Shown here: in pieces, positions 17,457 through 27,073 of the stretch
Position numbering within the stretch: position 1 is the stretch's first letter
How the letters are laid out: every line of letters begins with the position of its first letter
Assembly: GCA_043732705.1 (NCBI GenBank)
Contig: JAYTHE010000002.1
Coordinates: 127,608-191,607, forward strand
Direction: 5' to 3'
Source of the DNA: Candidatus Omnitrophota bacterium
Lineage (GTDB): Bacteria > Omnitrophota > Omnitrophia > Omnitrophales > Aquincolibacteriaceae
DNA: 64,000 nt
Translations under genes and position numbers: made by a program
Notes under the pieces: model-generated
Told to the model about the DNA's origin: nothing
Seen by the model: only the letters and a program-made list of their open reading frames with translations
Database searches by the model: none

Positions 17457-18611
17457 GTGAATCAAACCGTTTCACAATCTGCGGCAATCTCCCGCGGTCT
17501 CTACGTTCATATCCCATTTTGTCTTAAGAAATGCCATTACTGCGACTTTGTTATTACAACTCAACGTGCTCCCGCGGATCGTGCCAAGTTTTTAGACACG
17601 CTTCAAGCTGAAATTGAGCATGCTGCCCAAAAGTACGGCCGCTTAAAATTTAATACACTTTATCTCGGCGGGGGGACTCCTTCTTCGCTTGAACCGGAAG
17701 AATTTATTGCTGTTTTCATGATGCTTCAAAAAAGTTTTGATTTTGAGGATGGTTTTGAGTTTACGGTTGAAGTCAATCCGGGTGATATCAATGACGAAAA
17801 AATACAAGCTTACAGGCAGGCGGGGGTGAACCGCGTCAGCTTAGGTGTGCAGGCCTTTCAGGCGCATCTTTTAAAGGATATGAACCGGCCGCATGGGACG
17901 CATGAGGTTGTGCAAACGGTTCAGAAACTGCGCCAGGCCGGCCTTACAAATATCAGCATGGACATGATTGTCTATTTACCCGGCCAAACCGTGAAAGATG
18001 TCGCGGAAACACTGCAAAAGCTTTTGGAACTTGAACCCAATCAAATTTCAGTCTATGACCTGGATGTGCATGAAAAGACGGCTTATGGGCAGCGCCGCAG
18101 GGAAGGCAGGCTGCATTTGCCGTCGGAAGAAGAGCATGCCCAAATGTCAGAAATGCTGATCCGTGTTTTGGAAAGCGCCGGTTTAAGCCACTATGAATTG
18201 TCTAATTTTGCCAAGCCGGGCTGGGAATCTAGGCATAATCTCATTTATTGGCATAATCAGCCTTATTTGGGGCTGGGGCCAGGAGCTTTCTCTTATTTAG
18301 ACGGTATGCGCTATCAGTTTGCAAATTCCGTTGAAAGTTATATCCGCAAAGCGCTTGCCGGCGATTGGCAAAATGAAACGGAAGACCTTCTGACGCCCTT
18401 TGAAGTTGAAAAAGAAAATTTGCTAACCGGTTTACGGCTGAAAGAAGGCTTTGATTTGCGGCGGCTGCGAATTTCAAAAGAGGCTTTTGAAAAAACAGCT
18501 GAAATTTATATCCAAGAAGGTTTCTTGGAAAAGGATGGTTTTCGGTTAAAATTAACTCCGAAAGGCAAGCCGGTCGCGGAAATTATTTTAAAAAATATGG
18601 CGCAGGTCTGA
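17457..18611 (+). CDS. hemW: radical SAM family heme chaperone HemW / HemN-like
   Basis: LYVHIPFCLKKCHYCDF (CX3CX2C) radical-SAM motif and HemN C-terminal domain. Start placed at in-frame GTG 17457, after the upstream stop at 17440. Track start 17382 overlaps the upstream gene. Confidence 0.65.
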   Translation: MNQTVSQSAAISRGLYVHIPFCLKKCHYCDFVITTQRAPADRAKFLDTLQAEIEHAAQKYGRLKFNTLYLGGGTPSSLEPEEFIAVFMMLQKSFDFEDGFEFTVEVNPGDINDEKIQAYRQAGVNRVSLGVQAFQAHLLKDMNRPHGTHEVVQTVQKLRQAGLTNISMDMIVYLPGQTVKDVAETLQKLLELEPNQISVYDLDVHEKTAYGQRRREGRLHLPSEEEHAQMSEMLIRVLESAGLSHYELSNFAKPGWESRHNLIYWHNQPYLGLGPGAFSYLDGMRYQFANSVESYIRKALAGDWQNETEDLLTPFEVEKENLLTGLRLKEGFDLRRLRISKEAFEKTAEIYIQEGFLEKDGFRLKLTPKGKPVAEIILKNMAQV

Positions 18612-18693
18612 TTTAATTTTTCAGTGCTCGAACAGTTAAATTTGCGATGCTTGATAAAACTCGCATCGCGAGTGCGGCAAGTAAGGAGGCAAT

Positions 18694-19272
18694 ATGACAG
18701 TTAAAATTTTAACTTTCGCGGGAAGTTCCCGTAAAGATTCCTGGAATAAAAAGATTGGCCACATTGCCGCCGACGGCGCGCGCGAAAAAGGTGCGGAAGT
18801 AACCTGGATTGATTTGAAAGATTATCCGATGCCGATTATGGACCAGGATTTAGAAGCGGCTTCAGGACTGCCTGAGAATGCCAAAAAACTCAAAAAGCTT
18901 TTCATCCAGCATGATGGGCTTTTGCTGGCTTGTCCGGAATATAACAGTTCGATTACGCCGCTGCTCAAAAATACTTTGGATTGGATTTCGCGCGCTGAAA
19001 GCAAAGAGGAAGCGCCGCTCGCGGCATACAATGGCAAGGTTGCGGCCTTGCTTGCCGCTTCCCCGGGAGCTTTAGGGGGTTTGCGCGGGCTTGTGACTGT
19101 ACGCAGTATTCTTGGCAATATCGGCGTTATCGTGCTGCCCGGGCAAATGGCAGTTTCAAAAGTTCATGAGGCTTTGGACCCTTCCGGTAAATTGAAAGAT
19201 GCCAAACAGGAAGCCTCCGTGAAAAAAATCGGCGCAGATTTGGCTGATTTTTTGGCAAATTTTAAAAAGTGA
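18694..19272 (+). CDS. NAD(P)H-dependent FMN reductase family (flavodoxin-like)
   Basis: ILTFAGSSRKDSWNKKIG ... LLLACPEYNSSITPLLKNTLDWISR. Confidence 0.7.
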   Translation: MTVKILTFAGSSRKDSWNKKIGHIAADGAREKGAEVTWIDLKDYPMPIMDQDLEAASGLPENAKKLKKLFIQHDGLLLACPEYNSSITPLLKNTLDWISRAESKEEAPLAAYNGKVAALLAASPGALGGLRGLVTVRSILGNIGVIVLPGQMAVSKVHEALDPSGKLKDAKQEASVKKIGADLADFLANFKK

Positions 19273-19340
19273 CACTAAGTGTCATCCCCGACTTGATCGG
19301 GGATCCAGCTCTGGATTCCCGCCTGCGCGGGAATGACAAA
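19270..19340. repeat. nested palindromic intergenic repeat, family A copy 2 (three tandem hairpins)
   Basis: gtgacactaagtgtcat / atccccgacttgatcggggat / ctggattcccgcctgcgcgggaatgacaaa. Creates the spurious minus ORF 19262-19477 (..SFPRRRESRAGSP..). Confidence 0.75.
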
Positions 19341-19354
19341 ACAAGGAATGAATA

Positions 19355-22003
19355 ATGAACGCAGAAAAACCTAAAACAATTTATCTCAAGGACTATCGCA
19401 AGCCGGATTATAAAATCGAAAAAATCGATTTGGATTTCCGGATTTTTAGCGCAGAACGCGTTGAAGTTCGCGCGCATATTCTTATTTCACGCAGCGATGT
19501 GAATCAAGACGGCAAAGCCTCGCTTGTTTTAAATGGAACGCATTTGAAGCTTCTCGAGGTCCGTCTTAATGATCAGGTATTGAGCGCGAAAGACTATCAA
19601 GTGACCGACCGAGATTTAACTTTAACCTCCACTCCGGCGAGTTTTAAGCTGGGAACGACCGTTGAGATTAACCCGAAGGCAAATCTAGCTTTAGAAGGCG
19701 TTTATGCTGCGGGCAGCGTGCTTTGCACGCAATGTGAAGCCGAAGGCTTCCGGCGCATTACTTATTTTTTAGACCGTCCGGATGTCATGGCGAAATACCG
19801 CGTCAGCTTAACCGCGGACGCGAAAGAATATCCCGTATTGCTTTCTAACGGTAACTTAGTCGATGAAAAAAACTTGTCTGGTGGCTTACGCCAGGTTACC
19901 TTCGAAGACCCTTTTCCGAAACCCAGTTATCTGTTTGCGCTTGTTGCCGGAAATTTAAAATCAATTCGCGATACTTTTAAAACGAAGTCGGGACGGAATG
20001 TGCGGCTTGAGATTTATGCCGAGCTCGGCAGTGAATCCAAATGCCAGCATGCGATGCATTCGCTTAAAAATTCCATGAAATGGGATGAAGACACGTTCGG
20101 ATTGGAGTGTGATTTGGATGATTATAAAGTTGTCGCGGTGGATGCGTTCAACTCAGGCGCCATGGAAAATAAAGGTCTGAATATTTTTAATTCGCAATAC
20201 GTGCTGGCAAAACCTGAAACCGCGACCGATATGGATTATCAAAACATTGAGGGTGTGATCGGGCATGAATATTTTCATAATTGGACGGGGAACCGCGTGA
20301 CTTGCCGCGATTGGTTTCAGCTTACATTAAAAGAGGGACTGACTGTTTTTCGGGATGAAGAATTTTCATCGGACATGGCAGATCGTTCCGTGAAGCGCAT
20401 CTCAGATGTCCGCGGGTTGCGTGACTTTCAATTTTCAGAAGATGCCGGCCCCAATGCGCATCCCGTCCGCCCCGCTTCCTATATTCAAATTCGTAATTTT
20501 TATACTTCGACGGTTTATAGTAAAGGCGCCGAAGTGATCCGCATGATTCAAACTTTTATCGGTAAAGAAAACTTCTGCAAAGGAATTACAAAATATTTTG
20601 AGCTTTATGACGGACAAGCTGTGACAACCGAAGATTTTGTGCATGCAATGGAGATTGCAAGCGGGAAAGATCTGACACAGTTTAAAACAAGCTGGTACGC
20701 GCAGGCCGGAACTCCGACGCTTAAAATTCATGGAAATTATGACGCCGCCAAACAAACCTATGTGCTTGAGGTGGAACAGATTCCCGCGAAAAATGTAAAA
20801 GTTGAGAAGCCGCAGCCGTTTATGCTGCCGCTGGCGGTGGGCCTTTTGGATGAAAGCGGGCGTGAGATTCACGCGACTCAAATTTGTGAAATCAAAGAAT
20901 GGAAACAATCTTTTCAATTTAAAAATATCCCGTCCAAACCGTTGCCGTCGCTTTTGAGAAACTTTTCCGCTCCGGTTCATTTGGATTACGCATATTCCGA
21001 GGAAGACCTTGCGCGGCTCATGGCCTATGACAAAGATGATTTTGTGCGTTATGACGCTGGACAGCGCTTAGCCGAAATTGTGCTAAGAAAAAGAATCATG
21101 CAAAACCAGCAACGGGGACAGAGCGCTGGTCTCAGCTCTGTCCCCAATGATTCTGAAAATATTTTTTTCGACGCGTTTTCAAAATTGCTTAACGACGCCT
21201 CATTGCGCCCCGCGTTTAAAGCGGAAGCTTTACTTTTGCCCGGTCTTTCCACATTGATTGAGAAAATGGACATTTGCGATTTTGACGCGGCTTTTGCGGC
21301 GAGAGAAAGCTTGCTGACGGATTTAGCCGTCCGAAATGAATCCGCGTGGCTGGCGCTTTATGAGCGGCTCGCGGTTGTAAAAAAATATGAAATTACTTCT
21401 CAGGCTATCGGAGAACGATCGCTCAAAAACCGGTCTTTGGCGGTATTAGTGCAGCTTGAAAAACCGGTTTACTATGAGCTTGCTGCGAAACAGGCGGGCT
21501 CTGCGACAAACATGACGGATGAAATTGCCGCTTTGAGCGTGATTGTCAATTCCAAATCCGTGCTGAAGGAGCAAGTCATTGAAAGCTTCTATAAAAAATG
21601 GAAAATGGAATTTCTGGTGCTTAATAAGTGGCTCGCGGTTCAAGCCGGGTCGAAAGAGGAACGGGTGATTGAGCGCGTTAAAAAGCTTTCCGCGCATGAA
21701 TGTTATCAGTCAAAAAATCCGAATATGCTTCGCGCGCTTTACGGCGTATTCGCGCGGAACTTTTCGCGTTTTCATGCCGCGAACGGTGAAGGCTATCAAC
21801 TCATCGCGGATCAAATCATTGTGATCGACGGATTTAACTCGCAAATTGCGGGGCGCATGATTCCTGTTTTTAATCATTACAAAAAATTGGATGCCGGACG
21901 CAAGGCGCTCATGAAAAATGCCCTGGAGAAAATTTTAAATCGGAAAGAATGTTCGCCGGATGTTTACGAAATGGTTTCAAAAACATTGGCCGATGGGAAA
22001 TAA
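19355..22003 (+). CDS. pepN: aminopeptidase N (M1 family)
   Basis: GAMENKGLNIF exopeptidase motif. Zinc site HEYFHNWTGNRVTCRDWFQLTLKEGLTVFRDEEF. 882 aa. Confidence 0.9.
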   Translation: MNAEKPKTIYLKDYRKPDYKIEKIDLDFRIFSAERVEVRAHILISRSDVNQDGKASLVLNGTHLKLLEVRLNDQVLSAKDYQVTDRDLTLTSTPASFKLGTTVEINPKANLALEGVYAAGSVLCTQCEAEGFRRITYFLDRPDVMAKYRVSLTADAKEYPVLLSNGNLVDEKNLSGGLRQVTFEDPFPKPSYLFALVAGNLKSIRDTFKTKSGRNVRLEIYAELGSESKCQHAMHSLKNSMKWDEDTFGLECDLDDYKVVAVDAFNSGAMENKGLNIFNSQYVLAKPETATDMDYQNIEGVIGHEYFHNWTGNRVTCRDWFQLTLKEGLTVFRDEEFSSDMADRSVKRISDVRGLRDFQFSEDAGPNAHPVRPASYIQIRNFYTSTVYSKGAEVIRMIQTFIGKENFCKGITKYFELYDGQAVTTEDFVHAMEIASGKDLTQFKTSWYAQAGTPTLKIHGNYDAAKQTYVLEVEQIPAKNVKVEKPQPFMLPLAVGLLDESGREIHATQICEIKEWKQSFQFKNIPSKPLPSLLRNFSAPVHLDYAYSEEDLARLMAYDKDDFVRYDAGQRLAEIVLRKRIMQNQQRGQSAGLSSVPNDSENIFFDAFSKLLNDASLRPAFKAEALLLPGLSTLIEKMDICDFDAAFAARESLLTDLAVRNESAWLALYERLAVVKKYEITSQAIGERSLKNRSLAVLVQLEKPVYYELAAKQAGSATNMTDEIAALSVIVNSKSVLKEQVIESFYKKWKMEFLVLNKWLAVQAGSKEERVIERVKKLSAHECYQSKNPNMLRALYGVFARNFSRFHAANGEGYQLIADQIIVIDGFNSQIAGRMIPVFNHYKKLDAGRKALMKNALEKILNRKECSPDVYEMVSKTLADGK

Positions 22004-22013
22004 AGAGGTAGTT

Positions 22014-22796
22014 ATGAAAAAAATTCTGGTTTTGTTTTTAGTCATTTTTTCTTTTGTTCCAGCGGCTTTTTCAAAAGTTGTTTCGGAGCCGGTGAACTAC
22101 ATTGAAAATGGCGAAGCCCTTCAGGGGTTCATTTATTATGATGATGGGGCGAAAAAGAAATTGCCCGGGATTATCGTGATCCATGAATGGAAAGGTTTGG
22201 GGGAATATGCTAAAAAGCGCGCTGAAATGCTGGCGGGTTTGGGTTATGCCGCTTTCGCGGCGGATATGTATGGTAAAGGTATATTCGCCAAGGACCATGA
22301 AGAGGCGGGGCAACTCTCCGGAGCTTTCTTTAAAGACCGCAAACGCATGCGTGCCCGTGCCGCCGCCGCTTATGACGCTTTTCTCGCTACGGGAAAAGTG
22401 GATGAAACCAAAGTTGCTGCGATTGGCTATTGCTTTGGCGGAACCACAGTTTTAGAAATGGCGCGCAGCGGTATGCCTCTGAAAGGCGTGGCCAGCTTTC
22501 ACGGAATTTTAGCAACGCCGGCGGTGGCCGAAGCGGGACAGGTTAAAGCGAAAATTTTAGTCCTGACAGGCGCGGAAGACAAGATGGTTATGCCGGGAGA
22601 TATTTTGAGCTTCGAAAATGAAATGCGCACCGCAAAAATCGATTGGCAGCTTGTCCGTTTTGGCGGGGCCAAGCATAGTTTTACGGTTTGGGACGCCAAT
22701 TTGCCCGAGCAGGGAATTCAATACAACGCCAAGGCCGATAAACGTTCTTGGGCGATGCTGCAGGACTTTCTTAAAGAAATTTTTAATATTAAATAA
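22014..22796 (+). CDS. dienelactone hydrolase family protein (secreted)
   Basis: IIVIHEWKGLGEYAK...GYCFGG nucleophile elbow. Signal peptide MKKILVLFLVIFSFVPAAFS. AGAGG RBS before ATG 22014. Confidence 0.7.
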   Translation: MKKILVLFLVIFSFVPAAFSKVVSEPVNYIENGEALQGFIYYDDGAKKKLPGIIVIHEWKGLGEYAKKRAEMLAGLGYAAFAADMYGKGIFAKDHEEAGQLSGAFFKDRKRMRARAAAAYDAFLATGKVDETKVAAIGYCFGGTTVLEMARSGMPLKGVASFHGILATPAVAEAGQVKAKILVLTGAEDKMVMPGDILSFENEMRTAKIDWQLVRFGGAKHSFTVWDANLPEQGIQYNAKADKRSWAMLQDFLKEIFNIK

Positions 22797-22798
22797 TA

Positions 22799-23461
22799 AT
22801 GCTCGATTTTATTACGCTTGAAACATCTCCGCAGCCGGATGCCGCGATTATTTGGCTGCATGGCCTCGGAGCGGACGGACATGATTTTGAATCAATTGTT
22901 CCTGAATTAAAACTTCCAGAAAATTTACATATTCGTTTTATTTTTCCGCATGCGCCCACTATGCCCGTTACAGTGAATGGCGGTTATGTCATGCCGGCCT
23001 GGTACGATATTTACGGCGGCGGTGTCCTCAGCGGCGAAGATGAAAACGGTTTGCGTCGTTCGCAAAAACAAATCATTGAACTCATTGAGAGCGAAATCAA
23101 AAAAGGAATTCAGCCGAATCGAATTGTGCTTGCTGGTTTTTCACAAGGCGGTGCCATGACTTTGTTTACGGGATTGCGTTATCCGAAAAGATTAGCGGGA
23201 TTGATGGTGCTCTCGGGGTATTTGCCGATGGGCGAGGCTTTAACCGCTGAAATGAGCGAAACAAACTCAAAGACACAGGTTTTTATGGCTCATGGCAAGC
23301 AGGACAGCGTGGTTCCTTATGAAGGCGCGCGGATCTCAAAAGAGTTTCTTTTGAAACGCGGAATTCCGGTTGAATGGCATGAATATTCCATGGCGCACTC
23401 GCTTCATCCACAAGAAATTAAAGACATCTCCTCCTGGATTCAAAAGATTCTTGTTGGCTGA
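22799..23461 (+). CDS. phospholipase/carboxylesterase family alpha/beta hydrolase
   Basis: GFSQGGAM nucleophile elbow, HG oxyanion region. 220 aa. Confidence 0.7.
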   Translation: MLDFITLETSPQPDAAIIWLHGLGADGHDFESIVPELKLPENLHIRFIFPHAPTMPVTVNGGYVMPAWYDIYGGGVLSGEDENGLRRSQKQIIELIESEIKKGIQPNRIVLAGFSQGGAMTLFTGLRYPKRLAGLMVLSGYLPMGEALTAEMSETNSKTQVFMAHGKQDSVVPYEGARISKEFLLKRGIPVEWHEYSMAHSLHPQEIKDISSWIQKILVG

Positions 23462-23482
23462 AAAAATAATTAGTTTGGTCTT

Positions 23483-23553
23483 TTGAGATAGGATTCAAAT
23501 TGCTCAAACAGTTGCCTCTTCGGGCAAAACTCGCAATTTGAATCCTATCTCAA
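23483..23553. repeat. perfect 21-bp inverted repeat enclosing a 29-nt loop that itself forms a ttgcc/ggcaa stem capped by a cUUCGg-like loop
   Basis: ttgagataggattcaaattgc ... gcaatttgaatcctatctcaa. No flanking T-run on either strand. Confidence 0.8.
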
Positions 23554-23883
23554 AGACATTCGCGCGATGTTGGGGTGGGGGCAATCATCAGAGAAGCAAC
23601 ACTTAGAAGTCTCAATCCTTCGAAGGCTCTTTTAGTAATTTTGCCACTTCCTTGCTCAACCTCAGCAACCTAGCTTCCCATCATATCTTCACATGGTTCT
23701 GCAAAGCAGGACCATGTGAAACGTTTTTTTGTCTCAGCTGTGTTGAGACAAAAAAAGATGTGACGGGAAACTGCTTAAAAGTGCGAGGCAGGGAATAGGG
23801 AAAATTAAGGGCGCGTCTCTACTAAGTTTGAATGGGAAGCCTTGTTTCTCCGCTTTATGCTCACACCCACACTGCGTAGAAAA

Positions 23884-23958
23884 TAAAAAAAGGCAATTCA
23901 ATTTACGAGTTCTGCCCGCAGAGGCAGCTGTCTGAGTAAAGTGAATTGCCTTTTTTAG
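23884..23958 (-). terminator. long bidirectional intrinsic terminator hairpin downstream of the acidic-protein gene
   Basis: aaggcaattca ... tgaattgcctt 11-bp stem with an internal ctgcc/ggcag sub-stem, flanked by A-run (23881-23889) and T-run (23951-23956). Confidence 0.6.
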
Positions 23959-23990
23959 TTCAATGCCGGATACTTTTCAACAGGAAACAC

Positions 23991-24233
23991 TTACCAAAGG
24001 TTATCTTTTTTTGAGCCTTTGGTTTTATTCATGCGCACTTGCTTTTCCCAGGGGTCATCTTCAAGCGCGTCTTCATCCTTGAGCTCTTCGTCATCGTCGG
24101 AAGACTCTTCTTCGTCAAGATGGTCATCAAGCTGTTCTAAATCTTCTTCATCGTCAAGATCGTCGTCCTTAAGGTCCTTCGGATCCTCCAAGTCGTCATC
24201 GAGATCATCATCATTAGGCTCACGGTCAAACAT
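23991..24233 (-). CDS. highly acidic small protein (80 aa, about half Asp/Glu)
   Basis: MFDREPNDDDLDDDLEDPKDLKDDDLDDEEDLEQLDDHLDEEESSDDDEELKDEDALEDDPWEK... AGGAGAAG RBS 5 nt upstream and own terminator downstream. The antisense Ser-rich ORF 24019-24318 is a mirror artefact. Confidence 0.55.
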   Translation of the reverse strand: MFDREPNDDDLDDDLEDPKDLKDDDLDDEEDLEQLDDHLDEEESSDDDEELKDEDALEDDPWEKQVRMNKTKGSKKDNLW

Positions 24234-24332
24234 CTTTCTCTTCTCCTATAAAAATGTAAAAGGGCATTGGGTATTAAGTATTTTATTCCCGCATTGTTTT
24301 GAGTCCACAAAAAAATGACACAAAATGAAATA

Positions 24333-24361
24333 CTCAAAAAATGATAGCACAAAGCGTGCTA
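24333..24361 (-). terminator. intrinsic terminator of the cox operon
   Basis: Minus strand: tagcacgctttgtgcta hairpin followed by TCATTTTTTGAG. Confidence 0.6.
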
Positions 24362-24401
24362 ATTAAAAGGGATTGGGAAAGTTTTTTTCAGGCGGAAGAA
24401 T

Positions 24402-24779
24402 CTAGCCCTGATGCTCGGAAACAGCAGGAGTTTCGCTGAATTGATGTGCAGAACGGGTCACCCATGTTTTGGGAGCCAATTTATTGGCGACAAAATCGCG
24501 TGAGAGGAAGTCATTGAGGGTCATGGCGAACATGACTCCGACCCACAAAAATGCGCCGAAAATGAACAGTTTGATAAAGCCGGAGGACTCTTTTAAATGC
24601 ATGAAAAAAATTAAAATTAAAGCTGTTATGATGAAAGCATTGGTTAAAAGGATGACAGTGTTGAACAAACCCCAATTGACGAAAGAGGAAGCAACGCTCG
24701 CCGCGCTCAAAAGAAGTATGAGGCAGAAGATTCCGATTTCCGTGCCCAATCCGTCTTTATAGGAAGATTCGCCGCTCAT
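24402..24779 (-). CDS. coxD: cytochrome c oxidase subunit IV (prokaryotic caa3-type)
   Basis: ~125-aa, 3-TM protein directly downstream of coxC with ATGA overlap. Start moved to the internal Met (MSGESSYK). Confidence 0.55.
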   Translation of the reverse strand: MSGESSYKDGLGTEIGIFCLILLLSAASVASSFVNWGLFNTVILLTNAFIITALILIFFMHLKESSGFIKLFIFGAFLWVGVMFAMTLNDFLSRDFVANKLAPKTWVTRSAHQFSETPAVSEHQG

Positions 24780-25438
24780 GCATGCCTCCCGATCAAATAA
24801 AGCAGGGGAAAAAGAAAAGTCCAAACGATATCGATAAAATGCCAATAAAGCCCAAAGATTGTAACCGGAGTGCTGTATTCCGTTGTGTAACAGCCTTTTT
24901 TGTTCTGCCAAAGGATGATGGCGAGGATAATCACGCCGACAATCATATGCAGCGCATGAATGCCCGTTAAAACGAAATAAAGTGAATAAAAAATCCGGAT
25001 ACCGGGACCTTCAAAACCATGAAAATGAAAGGTGTCAGTAGGCACTAAATGATGTAAGAACTTATCATGATATTCAATGCTTTTAATTCCAAGGAAAAGC
25101 AGGCCAAGCACAAGCGTTATTGATAGGAAGATCGAAGTCAGATCTTTTTTACCGAATCTCGCGGTACGGACTGCGAGACCCATGGTAAAAGAGCTGACCA
25201 AAAGGACAATCGTGTTTGTCCCGCCGAGCCAAAGGTTTAAATGGCGGCTGCCTGCGGCAAAAGCGGCATAATAAAAGCCGCGGTTAACCGTATAGGCCAT
25301 GAAAAGAGCGCCGAAAGTAAGAATTTCCGTGACAAGGAAAGTCCACATACCCAATGAAACAGCTTCATATTGCTGTTTCAGATTGGTGAAATGATGCTGA
25401 AGCGGGCCATGACCCGATGAAGTGTGGCCGCTCATCAA
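24776..25438 (-). CDS. coxC: cytochrome c oxidase subunit III
   Basis: COX3 fold, [28 protein letters not shown]. Confidence 0.85.
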   Translation of the reverse strand: MMSGHTSSGHGPLQHHFTNLKQQYEAVSLGMWTFLVTEILTFGALFMAYTVNRGFYYAAFAAGSRHLNLWLGGTNTIVLLVSSFTMGLAVRTARFGKKDLTSIFLSITLVLGLLFLGIKSIEYHDKFLHHLVPTDTFHFHGFEGPGIRIFYSLYFVLTGIHALHMIVGVIILAIILWQNKKGCYTTEYSTPVTIFGLYWHFIDIVWTFLFPLLYLIGRHA

Positions 25439-27060
25439 TGGCCTCCCTTATGCGCAGCATTGGAACTAACACTGTGATGCGGCGCGAAATCATAAGCTTC
25501 TTCGGTGACTGTCGGTGTTTCATCAAAATTATGCGTTGTCGGAGGCGAAGGAATGGTCCATTCCAATCCTTTGGCGCCCCACGGATTCATGGTCGCGTCT
25601 TTGCCGTTTTTTAGCGACCAAAGTAAATTGACGATCGGAATTAAAAAGGAAAAGCCAAGCAGGATTGCACCCGAAGTCGAAAGCACGTTGAAGATTTGGA
25701 ATTCAGGAGCATACACGTGATAACGGCGCGGCATTCCCAGATAACCCGCGATAAACTGCGGAAAGAAAGTTAAATTGAATCCGACGAAAATCATAGTGGC
25801 TGCAATCCGCCCCAGCATTTCGTTGTACATTTTTCCAGTCATTTTAGGCCACCAATAATGCAATGCGCCGAGATAGCCCATCAAAGCCGCTCCGACCATG
25901 ATGTAATGAAAATGCGCGACGACAAAATAAGTATCGTGAATGTGAATATCAATCGCGAGTGTCGCGCAGAAAAGACCGGTTAAACCGCCGATCATGAAAA
26001 CACCGAAAAATCCAAATACATAAAAGAGGGGAGTATCAAAAGTAATCGAAGCTTTATACAGCGTCGCGACCCAGTTAAAAACTTTGATTGCCGAAGGAAT
26101 TCCGATCAAGAAAGTGAGGGCTGAAAAGACAACGCTTGAATAAATCGATTGGCTGGAAACAAACATATGATGGCCCCAAATAAAAAAACCGAGCAGCGCA
26201 ATTGCCATACTCGAACCCGCGATAAATTCATATCCGAACGGACGCTTTTTCGAAAAGGTCGCGACAATTTCGCTGATCACGCCCATGGAAGGCAAAATCA
26301 TAATGTAAACCGCAGGGTGAGAATAAAACCAGAATAAATGCTGAAATAAAACAGGATCGCCGCCGAGACGCGGGTCAAAGAAACCAAAGTGGAAAGTGCG
26401 TTCCAGGAAAACCAGTAAAATGGTCATGGCAATGACTGGTGTTCCAAGCACCATGATGATACCGGTCGCATAATTAGCCCAGACGAAAAGCGGCAGGCGG
26501 AACCAGGTCATGCCCGGCGCGCGCATCTTGTGCACGGTCACGATAAAGTTAATCCCGGTCATAACGGACGAAATACCGCTAATCAAAACGCCTAGGGCGG
26601 CAGCGGTGACGGCGGAATTCGAGTAAGTACTGCTATAGGGCGTATAAAAAGTCCAGCCTGTATCAACACCGCCCATGAGGATGCTGGTAAGCGCGATGGT
26701 CGCGCCCGCCATATAAACGTACCAGCTGAGAAGATTCATGCGCGGGAAAGCCATATCCTTGGCGCCGATCATAATCGGCAGAATAAAATTACCGATGACA
26801 CCGGGAATGGACGGAATCAGAAAGAAGAAAACCATCGTAATTCCATGCATCGTAAAGATACGGTTATAGATATCGGACTGAAAAAGATCGCCGCGTGGCG
26901 TGAGCAATTCCAAGCGCATTAAAAGCGCGAAAAAACCGCCGAGAAAAAAGAAAGCGGTGACTGAAATAAGATAAAGAATTCCGATGCGCTTGTGGTCCAC
27001 GGTCGTAAGCCACGAACGGATACTGTGATCTGCCGTTAAATAATTTTTTGTGGAAGTCAT
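25435..27060 (-). CDS. coxA: cytochrome c oxidase subunit I (heme-copper oxidase catalytic subunit)
   Basis: [17 protein letters not shown] and WAHHMF-type motifs. 12+ TM. 541 aa. Confidence 0.9.
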   Translation of the reverse strand: MTSTKNYLTADHSIRSWLTTVDHKRIGILYLISVTAFFFLGGFFALLMRLELLTPRGDLFQSDIYNRIFTMHGITMVFFFLIPSIPGVIGNFILPIMIGAKDMAFPRMNLLSWYVYMAGATIALTSILMGGVDTGWTFYTPYSSTYSNSAVTAAALGVLISGISSVMTGINFIVTVHKMRAPGMTWFRLPLFVWANYATGIIMVLGTPVIAMTILLVFLERTFHFGFFDPRLGGDPVLFQHLFWFYSHPAVYIMILPSMGVISEIVATFSKKRPFGYEFIAGSSMAIALLGFFIWGHHMFVSSQSIYSSVVFSALTFLIGIPSAIKVFNWVATLYKASITFDTPLFYVFGFFGVFMIGGLTGLFCATLAIDIHIHDTYFVVAHFHYIMVGAALMGYLGALHYWWPKMTGKMYNEMLGRIAATMIFVGFNLTFFPQFIAGYLGMPRRYHVYAPEFQIFNVLSTSGAILLGFSFLIPIVNLLWSLKNGKDATMNPWGAKGLEWTIPSPPTTHNFDETPTVTEEAYDFAPHHSVSSNAAHKGGH

Positions 27061-27073
27061 TTTGTTTAAGCTC

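Noticed and set aside
23560-23880. tmRNA, RNase P RNA or 6S RNA in the hairpin-dense region
   Set aside because: No tRNA-like 3' domain, no tag-peptide reading frame (..ANDENYALAA-like), and no P4 or 6S bubble signatures recognised by eye. Left as an unclassified candidate ncRNA rather than a named RNA.
24019-24318. Ser-rich + strand ORF (SSSSASSSLSSSSSSEDSSSS..)
   Set aside because: Exact antisense of the acidic-protein gene. Ser codons mirror the GAT/GAA/GAC Asp/Glu codons. The minus-strand gene has the RBS and terminator, so this is treated as a mirror artefact.
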